From the human T2T-CHM13v2.0 reference genome, Homo sapiens: a stretch of 64,000 nt of DNA. The notes below the pieces were generated by a model that saw only the letters and a program-made list of their open reading frames with translations, was not told where the DNA came from and made no database searches. Numbering within the stretch: position 1 is the stretch's first letter; each line of letters starts with the position of its first letter. The stretch lies in the NCBI RefSeq assembly GCF_009914755.1, contig NC_060939.1; one strand, given 5' to 3'. The translations under genes were made by a program, and so were the position numbers. Positions 1 to 13,934 of this stretch are shown piece after piece.

Positions 1-3000
1 ATTCGAAATCGAATCAATTACATTGCAATCCATTACTATTGAGTCCACTTTATTCCAGTCCACTGCATTCTGGTCCATTCCATTTGATTCCATTCCATTC
101 TATTGCATTCCATACAGTTGCATTCCATTGGATTCCATTCTATATCTATAAATTCAATTCGAGACCATTGCTTTTGAATCCATTCTATATGATTCCATTC
201 CATTCAAGTCCATTACATTTGGTTCAATTCCATTCCATTCCATTCCCTTCCATTCCATTCCAGTTGATATCAATCCATTCGATTCCATTCCATTCGAGCA
301 CATTCCATTCGAGTCCATTCCATTCGATGCCATTCCATTTGATTCTATTCCATTAGTCTCCATTCAATTCCATTAATCTCCATTCCATTCCATTCTACTC
401 CAACTGATTCCATTCCATTCTATTCCTTTCCATTCCATTTCATTCCATTCCATTCCATTTCATTCCATTCCATTCCATTCGCTTCCATTCCATTCGTGTC
501 CATTCCACTCCTGTCCATTCCATTCGTGTCCATTCCATTCCAGTCCATTCCATTTGTGTCCACTGCATTCCATTCCACTCCATTCCATATTATTCCATTA
601 CACTCCATTCCATTCTATTACTTTCATTTCCATTCAATTCCATTCCATTTGATTCCATTCCACTCGGTTTCATTCCATTTGAGTCCACTCCATTCCATTC
701 CATTCCATTCCATTCAGTTCCATTCCATTCTGTTCCATTCCATTCCGTTCCATTGCATTCCATTCCATTCGGTACCATTCCATATTGTTCCATTCGATTC
801 CATTCGAATCCATTCCATTCCAGTCCATTCCATTCGATTCCATTCCATTCCTTTCAATTCCATTCCATTCCATTCCATTCCACTTGATTCCACTCCATTC
901 CCTTCCACTGCATTCCATTCGATTCCATTCCATTGCATTGCATTCCATTCCATTGGACTGCATTCCATTCGATTCCATTCCATTCGAATCAATTACATAG
1001 CAATCCATTACATTCGAGTCTATTCTATTCCGTTCCATTCGATTTCCTTCCAATCCATTCGATTCCATTCCATTCGATTCCATTCCATACTATTGCATTC
1101 CATTCTATTACATTATATTCGAATAAGTTCCATTCAGGACCATTTCTTTTGAGTCCATTCTATTTGAGTCCATTCCCTTTGATTCCATAACATTTGAGTC
1201 CATTCAATTCCATTCCTTTCGTTTCCATTCCATTTGATGCCATTCCACTCAATTCTGTTCTACTCGACTCCAATACATTCAATTCCATTCCATCCGATTC
1301 CATTACATTCTTTTCATTTCTTATCCATTTCAAGCCATTCCACTCCATTCCATTCCACTCGTTTCCTTTCCATTCGAGTCCATTCCTCTCCAGTCCATTC
1401 CGTTCAATCCATTCCATTCCAGTCCATTCCATTCGAGTCCGTTCCATTCCAGTCCATTCCATTCGAGTCAATTCCATTCCATTCGATGTCTTCCATAACG
1501 ATCCATTCCATTCTATTCCTTTCGATTCCATTCCATTCTATTTCATTCCATTCGATTCCCTTCCATTGGACTCCTTTCCATTCGAGTGCATTCCATTCCG
1601 TTCCATTTCTTTCCGTTCTGTACGATTCTTACCGTTCGATTTCATTTTGTTCCAGTCCATTCCTTTCGCGTCCATTCCATTCCATTTCACTCCATTCGAT
1701 TCCATTCCACTCGATTCCACTTCGTTCCATTTCATTGCATTCCATTCTATTCAACTCTATTGCCTTCCATTCCATTCCATTCGATTACATTCCATGCGAT
1801 TCCATTCGAAATCGAATCAATTACATTGCAATCCATTACTATTGAGTCCGTTTTATTCCAGTCCACTGCATTCTGGTCCATTCCATTTGATTCCATTCCA
1901 TTCTATTCCATTCCATACAGTTGCATTCCATTGGATTCCATGCTATATCTATAAATTCAATTCGAGACCATTGCTTTTGAGTCCATTCTATATGATTCCA
2001 TTCCATTCAAGTCCATTACATTTGGTTCAATTCCATTCCATTCCAGTTGATATCAATCCATTCGATTCCATTCCATTCGAGCACATTCCATTCGAGTCCA
2101 TTCCATTCGATGCCATTCCATTTGATTCTATTCCATTAGTCTCCATTCAATTCCATTAATCTCCATTCCATTCCATTCTACTCCAACTGATTCCATTCCA
2201 TTCTATTCCTTTCCATTCCATTTCATTCCATTCCATTTCATTCCATTCCATTCCATTCGTGTCCATTCCACTCCAGTCCATTCCATTCGTGTCCATTCCA
2301 TTCCAGTCCATTCCATTTGTGTCCACTGCATTCCATTCCACTCCATTCCATATTATTCCATTACACTCCATTCCATTCTATTACTTTCATTTCCATTCAA
2401 TTCCATTCCGTTTGATTCCATTCCACTCGGTTTCATTCCATTTGAGTCCACTCCATTCCATTCCAATCCATTCCGTTCCATTCAGTTCCATTCCATTCTG
2501 TTCCATTCCATTCCGATCCATTACATTCCATTCCATTCGGTACCATTCCATATTGTTCCATTCGATTCCATTCGAATCCATTCCATTCCAGTCCATTCCA
2601 TTCGATTCCATTCCATTCATTTCAATTCCATTCCATTCCATTCCATTACATTCCACTTGATTCCTCTCCATTCCCTTCCACTGCATTCCGTTCGATTCCA
2701 TTCCATTGCATTGCATTCCATTCCATTGGATTGCATTCCATTCGATTCCATTCCATTCGAATCAATTACATAGCAATCCATTACATTCGAGTCTATTCTA
2801 TTCCGTTCCATTCGATTTCGTTCCAATCCATTCGATTCCATTCCATTCGACTCCATTCCATACTATTGCATTCCATTCTATTACATTATATTCGAATAAG
2901 TTCCATTCAAGACCATTTCTTTTGAGTCCATTCTATTTGAGTCCATTCCCTTTGATTCCATAACATTTGAGTCCATTCAATTCCATTCCTTTCGTTCCCA

Positions 3001-6000
3001 TTCCATTTGATGCCATTCCATTCAATTCTGTTCTACGCGACTCCAATACATTCAATTCCATTCCATCCGATTCCATTCCATTCTTTTCATTTCTTATCCA
3101 TTTCAAGCCATTCCACTCCATTCCATTCCACTCGTTTCCTTTCCATTCGAGTCCATTCCTCTCCAGTCCATTCCGTTCAATCCATTCCATTCCAGTCCAT
3201 TCCATTCGAGTCCGTTCCATTCCAGTCCACTCCATTCGAGTCAATTCCATCCCATTCGATGTCTTTCCATAACGATCCATTCCATTCTATTCCTTTCGAT
3301 TCCATTCCATTCTATTTCATTCCATTCGATTCCCTTCCATTGGACTCCTTTCCATTCGAGTGCATTCCATTCCGTTCCATTTCTTTCCGTTCTGTACGAT
3401 TCCTACCGTTTGATTTCATTTTGTTCCAGTCCATTCCTTTCGCGTCCATTCCATTCCATTTCACTCCATTCGATTCCATTCCACTCGATTCCACTTCGTT
3501 CCATTTCATTGCATTCCATTCTATTCAACTCTATTGCCTTCCATTCCATTCCATTCGATTACATTCCATGCGATTCCATTCGAAATCGAATCAATTACAT
3601 TGCAATCCATTACTATTGAGTCCGTTTTATTCCTGCATTCTGGTCCATTCCATTTGATTCCATTCCATTCTATTCCCTTCCATACAGTTGCATTCCATTG
3701 GATTCCATGCTATATCTATAAATTCAATTCGAGACCATTGCTTTTGAGTCCATTCTATATGATTCCATTCCATTCAAGTCCATTACATTTGGTTCAATTC
3801 CATTCCATTCCATTCCCTTCCATTCCATTCCAGTTGATATCAATCCATTCGATTCCATTCCATTCGAGCACATTCCATTCGAGTCCATTCCATTCGATGC
3901 CATTCCATTTGATTCTATTCCATTAGTCTCCATTCAATTCCATTAATCTCCATTCCATTCCATTCTACTCCAACTGATTCCATTCCATTCTATTCCTTTC
4001 CATTCCATTTCATTCCATTCCATTCCATTTCATTCCATTCCATTCCATTCGCTTCCATTCCATTCGTGTCCATTCCACTCCTGTCCATTCCATTCGTGTC
4101 CATTCCATTCCAGTCCATTCCATTTGTGTCCACTGCATTCCATTCCACTCCATTCCATATTATTCCATTACACTCCATTCCATTCTATTACTTTCATTTC
4201 CATTCAATTCCATTCCATTTGATTCCATTCCACTCGGTTTCATTCCATTTGAGTCCACTCCATTCCATTCCATTCCATTCCATTCAGTTCCATTCCATTC
4301 TGTTCCATTCCATTCCGTTCCATTGCATTCCATTCCATTCGGTACCATTCCATATTGTTCCATTCGATTCCATTCGAATCCATTCCATTCCAGTCCATTC
4401 CATTCGATTCCATTCCATTCCTTTCAATTCCATTCCATTCCATTCCATTCCACTTGATTCCACTCCATTCCCTTCCACTGCATTCCATTCGATTCCATTC
4501 CATTGCATTGCATTCCATTCCATTGGACTGCATTCCATTCGATTCCATTCCATTCGAATCAATTACATAGCAATCCATTACATTCGAGTCTATTCTATTC
4601 CGTTCCATTCGATTTCATTCCAATCCATTCGATTCCATTCCATTCGATTCCATTCCATACTATTGCATTCCATTCTATTACATTATATTCGAATAAGTTC
4701 CATTCAGGACCATTTCTTTTGAGTCCATTCTATTTGAGTCCATTCCCTTTGATTCCATAACATTTGAGTCCATTCAATTCCATTCCTTTCGTTTCCATTC
4801 CATTTGATGCCATTCCACTCAATTCTGTTCTACTCGACTCCAATACATTCAATTCCATTCCATCCGATTCCATTACATTCTTTTCATTTCTTAACCATTT
4901 CAAGCCATTCCACTCCATTCCATTCCACTCGTTTCCTTTCCATTCGAGTCCATTCCTCTCCAGTCCATTCCGTTCAATCCATTCCATTCCAGTCCATTCC
5001 ATTCGAGTCCGTTCCATTCCAGTCCATTCCATTCGAGTCAATTCCATTCCATTCGATGTCTTCCATAACGATCCATTCCATTCTATTCCTTTCGATTCCA
5101 TTCCATTCTATTTCATTCCATTCGATTCCCTTCCATTGGACTCCTTTCCATTCGAGTGCATTCCATTCCGTTCCATTTCTTTCCGTTCTGTACGATTCTT
5201 ACCGTTCGATTTCATTTTGTTCCAGTCCATTCCTTTCGCGTCCATTCCATTCCATTTCACTCCATTCGATTCCATTCCACTCGATTCCACTTCGTTCCAT
5301 TTCATTGCATTCCATTCTATTCAACTCTATTGCCTTCCATTCCATTCCATTCGATTACATTCCATGCGATTCCATTCGAAATCGAATCAATTACATTGCA
5401 ATCCATTACTATTGAGTCCGCTTTATTCCAGTCCACTGCATTCTGGTCCATTCCATTTGATTCCATTCCATTCTATTCCATTCCATACAGTTGCATTCCA
5501 TTGGATTCCATGCTATATCTATAAACTCAATTCGAGACCATTGCTTTTGAGTCCATTCTATATGATTCCATTCCATTCAAGTCCATTATATTTTGTTCAA
5601 TTCCATTCCATTCCAGTTGATATCAATCCATTCGATTCCATTCCATTCGAGCACATTCCATTCGAGTCCATTCCATTCGATGCCATTCCATTTGATTCTA
5701 TTCCATTAGTCTCCATTCAATTCCATTAATCTCCATTCCATTCCATTCTACTCCAACTGATTCCATTCCATTCTATTCCTTTCCATTCCATTTCATTCCA
5801 TTCCATTCCATTTCATTCCATTCCATTCCATTCGTGTCCATTCCTCTCCAGTCCATTCCATTCGTGTCCATTCCATTCCAGTCCATTCCATTTGTGTCCA
5901 CTGCATTCCATTCCACTCCATTCCATATTATTCCATTACACTCCATTCCATTCTATTACTTTCATTTCCATTCAATTCCATTCCATTTGATTCCATTCCA

Positions 6001-9000
6001 CTCGGTTTCATTCCATTTGAGTCCACTCCATTCCATTCCATTCCATTCCATTCAGTTCCATTCCATTCTGTTCCATTCCATTCCGTTCCATTACATTCCA
6101 TTCCATTCGGTACCATTCCATAGTGTTCCATTCGATTCCATTCGAATCCATTCCATTCCAGTCCATTCCATTCGATTCCATTCCATTCATTTCAATTCCA
6201 TTCCATTCCATTCCATTAAATTCCACTTGATTCCTCTCCATTCCCTTCCACTGCATTCCGTTCGATTCCATTCCATTGCATTGCATTCCATTCCATTGGA
6301 TTGCATTCCATTCGATTCCATTCCATTCGAATCAATTACATAGCAATCCATTACATTCGAGTCTATTCTATTCCGTTCCATTCGATTTCGTTCCAATCCA
6401 TTCGATTCCATTCCATTCGATTCCATTCCATACTATTGCATTCCATTCGATTACATTATATTCGAATAAGTTCCATTCAAGACCATTTCTTTTGAGTCCA
6501 TTCTATTTGAGTCCATTCCCTTTGATTCCATAACATTTGAGTCCATTCATTTCCATTCCTTTCGTTTCCATTCCATTTGATGCCATTCCATTCAATTCTC
6601 TTCTACTCGACTCCAATACATTCAATTCCATTCCATCCGATTCCATTACATTCTTTTCATTTCTTATCCATTTCAAGCCATTCCACTCCATTCCATTCCA
6701 CTCGTTTCATTTCCATTCGAGTCCATTCCTCTCCAGTCCATTCCGTTCAATCCATTCCATTCCAGTCCATTCCATTCGAGTCCGTTACATTCCAGTCCAT
6801 TCCATTCAAGTCAATTCCATCCCATTCGATGTCTTTCCATAACGATCCATTCCATTCTATTCCTTTCGATTCCATTCCATTCTATTTCATTCCATTCGAT
6901 TCCCTTCCATTGGAATCCTTTCCATTCGAGTGCATTCCATTCCGTTCCATTTCTTACCGTTCTGTACGATTCCTACCGTTCGATTTCATTTTGTTCCAGT
7001 CCATTATTTTCGCGTCCATTCCATTCCATTTCACTCCATTCGATTCCATTCCACTCGATTCCACTTCGTTCCATTTCATTGCATTCCATTCTATTCAACT
7101 CTATTGCCTTCCATTCCATTCCATTCGATTACATTCCATGCGATTCCATTCGAAATCGAATCAATTACATTGCAATCCATTACTACTGAGTCCACTTTAT
7201 TCCAGTCCACTGCATTCTGGTCCATTCCATTTGATTCCATTCCATTCTATTGCATTCCATACAGTTGCATTCCATTGGATTCCATTCTATATCTATAAAT
7301 TCATTTCGAGACCATTGCTTTTGAATCCATTCTATATGATTCCATTCCATTCAAGTCCATTACATTTGGTTCAATTCCATTCCATTCCATTCCCTTCCAT
7401 TCCATTCCAGTTGATATCAATCCATTCGATTCCATTCCATTCGAGCACATTCCATTCGAGTCCATTCCATTCGATGCCATTCCATTTGATTCTATTCCAT
7501 TAGTCTCCATTCAATTCCATTAATCTCCATTCCATTCCATTCTACTCCAACTGATTCCATTCCATTCTATTCCTTTCCATTCCATTTCATTCCATTCCAT
7601 TCCATTTCATTCCATTCCATTCCATTCGCTTCCATTCCATTCGTGTCCATTCCACTCCAGTCCATTCCATTCGTGTCCATTCCATTCCAGTCCATTCCAT
7701 TTGTGTCCACTGCATTCCATTCCACTCCATTCCATATTATTCCATTACACTCCATTCCATTCTATTTCTTTCATTTCCTTTCAATTCCATTCCATTTGAT
7801 TCCATTCCACTCGGTTTCATTCCATTTGAGTCCACTCCATTCCATTCCATTCCATTCCATTCAGTTCCATTCCATTCTGTTCCATTCCATTCCGTTCCAT
7901 TGCATTCCATTCCATTCGGTACCATTCCATATTGTTCCATTCGATTCCATTCGAATCCATTCCATTCCTGTCCATTCCATTCGATTCCATTCCATTCATT
8001 TCAATTCCATTCCATTCCATTCCATTCCACTTGATTCCACTCCATTCCCTTCCACTGCATTCCATTCGATTCCATTCCATTGCATTGCATTCCATTCCAT
8101 TGGACTGCATTCCATTCGATTCCATTCCATTCGAATCAATTACATAGCAATCCATTACATTCGAGTCTATTCTATTCCGTTCCATTCGATTTCATTCCAA
8201 TCCATTCGATTCCATTCCATTCGATTCCATTCCATACTATTGCATTCCATTCGATTACACTATATTCGAATAAGTTCCATTCAAGACCATTTCTTTTGAG
8301 TCCATTCTATTTGAGTCCATTCCCTTTGATTCCATAACATTTGAGTCCATTCAATTCCATTCCTTTCGTTTCCATTCCATTTGATGCCATTCCACTCAAT
8401 TCTGTTCTACTCGACTCCAATACATTCAATTCCATTCCATCCGATTCCATTACATTCTTTTCATTTCTTATCCATTTCAAGCCATTCCACTCCATTCCAT
8501 TCCACTCGTTTCCTTTCCATTCGAGTCCATTCCTCTCCAGTCCATTCCGTTCAATCCATTCCATTCCAGTCCATTCCATTCGAGTCCGTTCCATTCCAGT
8601 CCATTCCATTCGAGTCAATTCCATTCCATTCGATGTCTTCCATAACGATCCATTCCATTCTATTCCTTTCGATTCCATTCCATTCTATTTCATTCCATTC
8701 GATTCCCTTCCATTGGACTCCTTTCCATTCGAGTGCATTCCATTCCGTTCCATTTCTTTCCGTTCTGTACGATTCTTACCGTTCGATTTCATTTTGTTCC
8801 AGTCCATTCCTTTCGCGTCCATTCCATTCCATTTCACTCCATTCGATTCCATTCCACTCGATTCCACTTCGTTCCATTTCATTGCATTCCATTCTATTCA
8901 ACTCTATTGCCTTCCATTCCATTCCATTCGATTACATTCCATGCGATTCCATTCGAAATCGAATCAATTACATTGCAATCCATTACTATTGAGTCCGTTT

Positions 9001-12000
9001 TATTCCAGTCCACTGCATTCTGGTCCATTCCATTTGATTCCATTCCATTCTATTCCATTCCATACAGTTGCATTCCATTGGATTCCATGCTATATCTATA
9101 AATTCAATTCGAGACCATTGCTTTTGAGTCCATTCTATATGATTCCATTCCATTCAAGTCCATTACATTTGGTTCAATTCCATTCCATTCCAGTTGATAT
9201 CAATCCATTCGATTCCATTCCATTCGAGCACATTCCATTCGAGTCCATTCCATTCGATGCTATTCCATTTGATTCTATTCCATTAGTCTCCATTCAATTC
9301 CATTAATCTCCATTCCATTCCATTCTACTCCAACTGATTCCATTCCATTCTATTCCTTTCCATTCCATTTCATTCCATTCCATTCCATTTCATTCCATTC
9401 CATTCCATTTCATTCCATTCCATTCCATTTCATTCCATTCCATTCCATTCGTGTCCATTCCACTCCAGTCCATTCCATTCGTGTCCATTCCATTCCAGTC
9501 CATTCCATTTGTGTCCACTGCATTCCATTCCACTCCATTCCATATTATTCCATTACACTCCATTCCATTCTATTACTTTCATTTCCATTCAATTCCATTC
9601 CGTTTGATTCCATTCCACTCGGTTTCATTCCATTTGAGTCCACTCCATTCCATTCCATTCCATTCCATTCAATTCAGTTCCATTCCATTCTGTTCCATTC
9701 CATTCCGTTCCATTACATTCCATTCCATTCGGTACCATTCCATATTGTTCCATTCGATTCCATTCGAATCCATTCCATTCCAGTCCATTCCATTCGATTC
9801 CATTCCATTCATTTCAATTCCATTCCATTCCATTCCATTACATTCCACTTGATTCCTCTCCATTCCCTTCCACTGCATTCCGTTCGATTCCATTCCATTG
9901 CATTGCATTCCATTCCATTGGATTGCATTCCATTCGATTCCATTCCATTCGAATCAATTACATAGCAATCCATTACATTCGAGTCTATTCTATTCCGTTC
10001 CATTCGATTTCGTTCCAATCCATTCGATTCCATTCCATTCGACTCCATTCCATACTATTGCATTCCATTCTATTACATTATATTCGAATAAGTTCCAATC
10101 AAGACCATTTCTTTTGAGTCCATTCTATTTGAGTCCATTCCCTTTGATTCCATAACATTTGAGTCCATTCAATTCCATTCCTTTCGTTCCCATTCCATTT
10201 GATGCCATTCCATTCAATTCTGTTCTACTCGACTCCAATACATTCAATTCCATTCCATCCGATTCCATTACATTCTTTTCATTTCTTATCCATTTCAAGC
10301 CATTCCACTCCACTCCATTCCACTCGTTTCCTTTCCATTCGAGTCCATTCCTCTCCAGTCCATTCCGTTCAATCCATTCCGTTCCAGTCCATTCCATTCG
10401 AGTCCGTTCCATTACAGTCCATTCCATTCGAGTCAATTCCATTCCATTCGATGTCTTTCCATAACGATCCATTCCATTCTATTCCTTTCGATTCCATTCC
10501 ATTCTATTTCATTCCATTCGATTCCCTTCCATTGAACTCCTTTCCATTCGAGTGCATTCCATTCCGTTCCATTTCTTTCCGTTCTGTACGATTCCTACCG
10601 TTCGATTTCATTTTGTTCCAGTCTATTCCTTTCGCGTCCATTCCATTCCATTTCACTCCATTCGATTCCATTCCACTCGATTCCACTTCGTTCCATTTCA
10701 TTGCATTCCATTCTATTCAACTCTATTGCCTTCCATTCCATTCCATTCGATTACATTCCATGCGATTCCATTCGAAATCGAATCAATTACATTGCAATCC
10801 ATTACTATTGAGTCCGTTTTATTCCAGTCCACTGCATTCTGGTCCATTCCATTTGATTCCATTCCATACTATTCCATTCCATACAGTTGCATTCCATTGG
10901 ATTCCATTATATATCTATAAATTCAATTCGAGACCGTTGCTTTTGAGTCCATTCTATATGATTCCATTCCATTCAAGTCCATTACATTTGGTTCAATTCC
11001 ATTCCATTCCATTCCCTTCCATTCCATTCCAGTTGATATCAATCCATTCGATTCCATTCCATTCGAGCACATTCCATTCAAGTCCATTCCATTCGATGCC
11101 ATTCCATTTGATTCTATTCCATTAGTCTCCATTCAATTCCATTAATGTCCATTCCATTCCATTCTACTCCAACTGATTCCATTCCATTCTATTCCTTTCC
11201 ATTCCATTTCATTCCATTCCATTCCATTTCATTCCATTCCATTCCATTTCATTCCATTCCATTCCATTTCATTCCATTCCATTCCATTGGCTTCCATTCC
11301 ATTCGTGTCCATTCCACTCCAGTCCATTCCATTCCAGTCCATTCCATTTGTGTCCACTGCATTCCATTCCACTCCATTCCATATTATTCCATTACACTCC
11401 GTTCCATTCAATTACTTTCATTTCCATTCAATTCCATTCCATTTGATTCCATTCCACTCGGTTTCATTGCATTTGAGTCCACTCCATTCCATTCCATTCC
11501 ATTCCATTCAGTTCCATTCCATTCTGTTCCATTCCATTCCATTCCATTGCATTCCATTCCATTCGGTACCATTCCATATCGTTCCATTCGATTCCATTCG
11601 AATCCATTCCATTCCAGTCCATTCCATTCGATTCCATTCCATTCCTTTCAATTCCAGTCCATTCCATTCCATTCCATTCCACTTGATTCCACTCCATTCC
11701 CTTCCACTGCATTCCATTCGATTCCATTCCATTGCATTGCATTCCATTCCATTGGACTGCATTCCATTCGATTCCATTCCATTCGAATCAATTACATAGC
11801 AATCCATTACATTCGAGTCTATTCTATTCCGTTCCATTCGATTTCCTTCCAATCCATTCGATTCCATTCCATTCGATTCCATTCCATACTATTGCATTCC
11901 ATTCTATTACATTATATTCGAATAAGTTCCATTCAAGACCATTTCTTTTGAGTCCATTCTATTTGAGTCTATTCGCTTTGATTCCATAACATTTGAGTCC

Positions 12001-13000
12001 ATTCAATTCCATTCCTTTCGTTTCCATTCCATTTGATGGCATTTCATTCAATTCTGTTCTACTCGACTCCAATACATTCAATTCCATTCCATCCGATTCC
12101 ATTACATTCTTTACATTTCTTATCCATTTCAAGCCATTCCATTCCATTCCATTCCACTCGTTTCCTTTCCATTCGAGTCCATTCCTCTCCAGTCCATTCC
12201 GTTCATTCCATTCCATTCCAGTCCATTCCATTCGAGTCCGTTCCATTCCAGTCCATTCCATTCGAGTCAATTCCATTCCATTCGATGTCTTTCCATAACG
12301 ATCCATTCCATTCTATTCCTTTCGATTCCATTCCATTCTATTTCATTCCATTCGATTCCCTTCCATTGGACTCCTTTCCATTCGAGTGCATTCCATTCCG
12401 TTCCATTTCTTTCCGTTCTGTACGATTCCTACCGTTCGATTTCATTTTGTTCCAGTCCATTCCTTTCGCGTCCATTCCATTCCATTTCACTCCATTCGAT
12501 TCCATTCCACTCGATTCCACTTCGTTCCATTTCATTGCATTCCATTCTATTCAACTCTATTGCCTTCCATTCCATTCCATTCGATTACATTCCATGCGAT
12601 TCCATTCGAAATTGAATCAATTACATTGCAATCCATTACTATTGAGTCCATTTTATTCCAGTCCACTGCATTCTGGTCCATTCCATTTGATTCCATTCCA
12701 TTCTATTCCATTCCATACAGTTGCATTCCATTGGATTCCATTCTATATCTATAAATTCAATTCGAGACCATTGCTTTTGAGTCCATTCTATATGATTCCA
12801 TTCCATTCAAGTCCATTACATTTGGTTCAATTCCATTCCACTCCAGTTGATATCAATCCATTCGATTCCATTCCATTCGAGCACATTCCATTCGAGTCCA
12901 TTCCATTTGATGCCATTCCATTTGATTCTATTCCATTAGTCTCCATTCAATTCCATTAATCTCCATTCCATTCCATTCTACTCCAACTGATTCCATTCCA
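1..13000 (+). repeat. Domain 1: tandem ~1.8-kb KpnI-periodic monomers (D15Z1-like unit length), about 7.3 copies
   Basis: GGTACC spacing is 1768, 1802, 1768, 1809, 1813, 1834 and 1754 bp. Landmarks recur once per unit (ccataacgatcc, ttccgttctgtacg, tatatctataaattcaattcgagacc, gagcacattcc, ctccaactg). The D15Z1 resemblance is an inference from the classical 1.8-kb KpnI satellite III repeat. Confidence 0.9.
771..11564 (+). repeat. A/B dimeric higher-order repeat (~3.57-3.65 kb) of the 1.8-kb monomer, three copies
   Basis: The ORF track repeats at exactly +3570 (496/4066, 1194/4764) and then +3577 (4066/7643, 4764/8341). Alternate monomers share variants. A: ttggactgc, 1-bp-shorter gatgtcttcc, gattcttacc. 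B: ttggattgc, ttgattcctctcc, gatgtctttcc, gatttcgttcc. Confidence 0.88.
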
Positions 13001-13934
13001 TTCTATTCCTTTCCATTCCATTTCATTCCTTTCCATTCCATTCCATTCCATTCCATTCCATTCGTGTCCATTCCACTCCAGTCCATTCCATTCGTGTCCA
13101 TTCCATTCCATTCCATTCCATTTGTGTCCACTGCATTCCATTCCACTCCATTCCATATTATTCCATTACACTCCATTCCATTCTATTACTTTCATTTCCA
13201 TTCAGTTCCATTCCATTTGATTCCATTCCACTCGGTTTCACTCCATTTGAGTCCATTCCATTCCATTCCATTCCATTCTGTTCCATTCCATTCCATTCCA
13301 TTCCATTCCATTCCATTCGGTACCATTCCATATTGTTCCATTCGATTCCATTCGAATCCATTCCATTCCAGTCCATTCCATTCGATTCCATTCCATTCCT
13401 TTCAATTCCATTCCATTCCATTCGATTCCACTTGATTCCACTCCATTCCCTTCCACTGCATTCCATTCGATTCCATTCCATTGCATTGCATTCCATTCCA
13501 TTGGATTGCATTCCATTCGATTCCATTCCATTCGAATCAATTACATAGCAATCCATTACATTCGAGTCTGTTCTATTCCGTTGCACTCGATTTCGTTCCA
13601 ATCCATTCGATTCCATTCCATTCGATTCCATTCCATACTATTGCATTCCATTCGATTAAGTTATATTCGAATAAACTCCATTCAAGACCATGTCTGTTGA
13701 GTCCATTCTACTTGAGTCCATTCCCTTTGATTCCATAACATTTGAGTCCATTCAATTCCATTCCTTTCGTTTCCATTCCATTTGATGCCATTCCATTCAA
13801 TTCTGTTCTACTCGACTCCAATACATTCAATTCCATTCCATCCGATTCCATTACATTCTTTTCATTTCTTATCCATTTCAAGCCATTCCATTCCATTCCA
13901 TTCCACTCGTTTCCTTTCCATTCGAGTCCATTCC

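Noticed and set aside
141-152. TATA-box promoter (tatatctataaa), once per unit
   Set aside because: It is a short AT-rich variant of the ancestral cassette with no other promoter evidence, so it is not listed as a feature.
496-7643. 3570-bp period suggesting the Y-chromosomal DYZ1 (~3.56-kb) repeat
   Set aside because: Here the period is a dimer of two nearly identical 1.8-kb KpnI monomers, and I saw no GGCC (HaeIII) site, which classically defines DYZ1. A direct alignment to the DYZ1 consensus would settle it.
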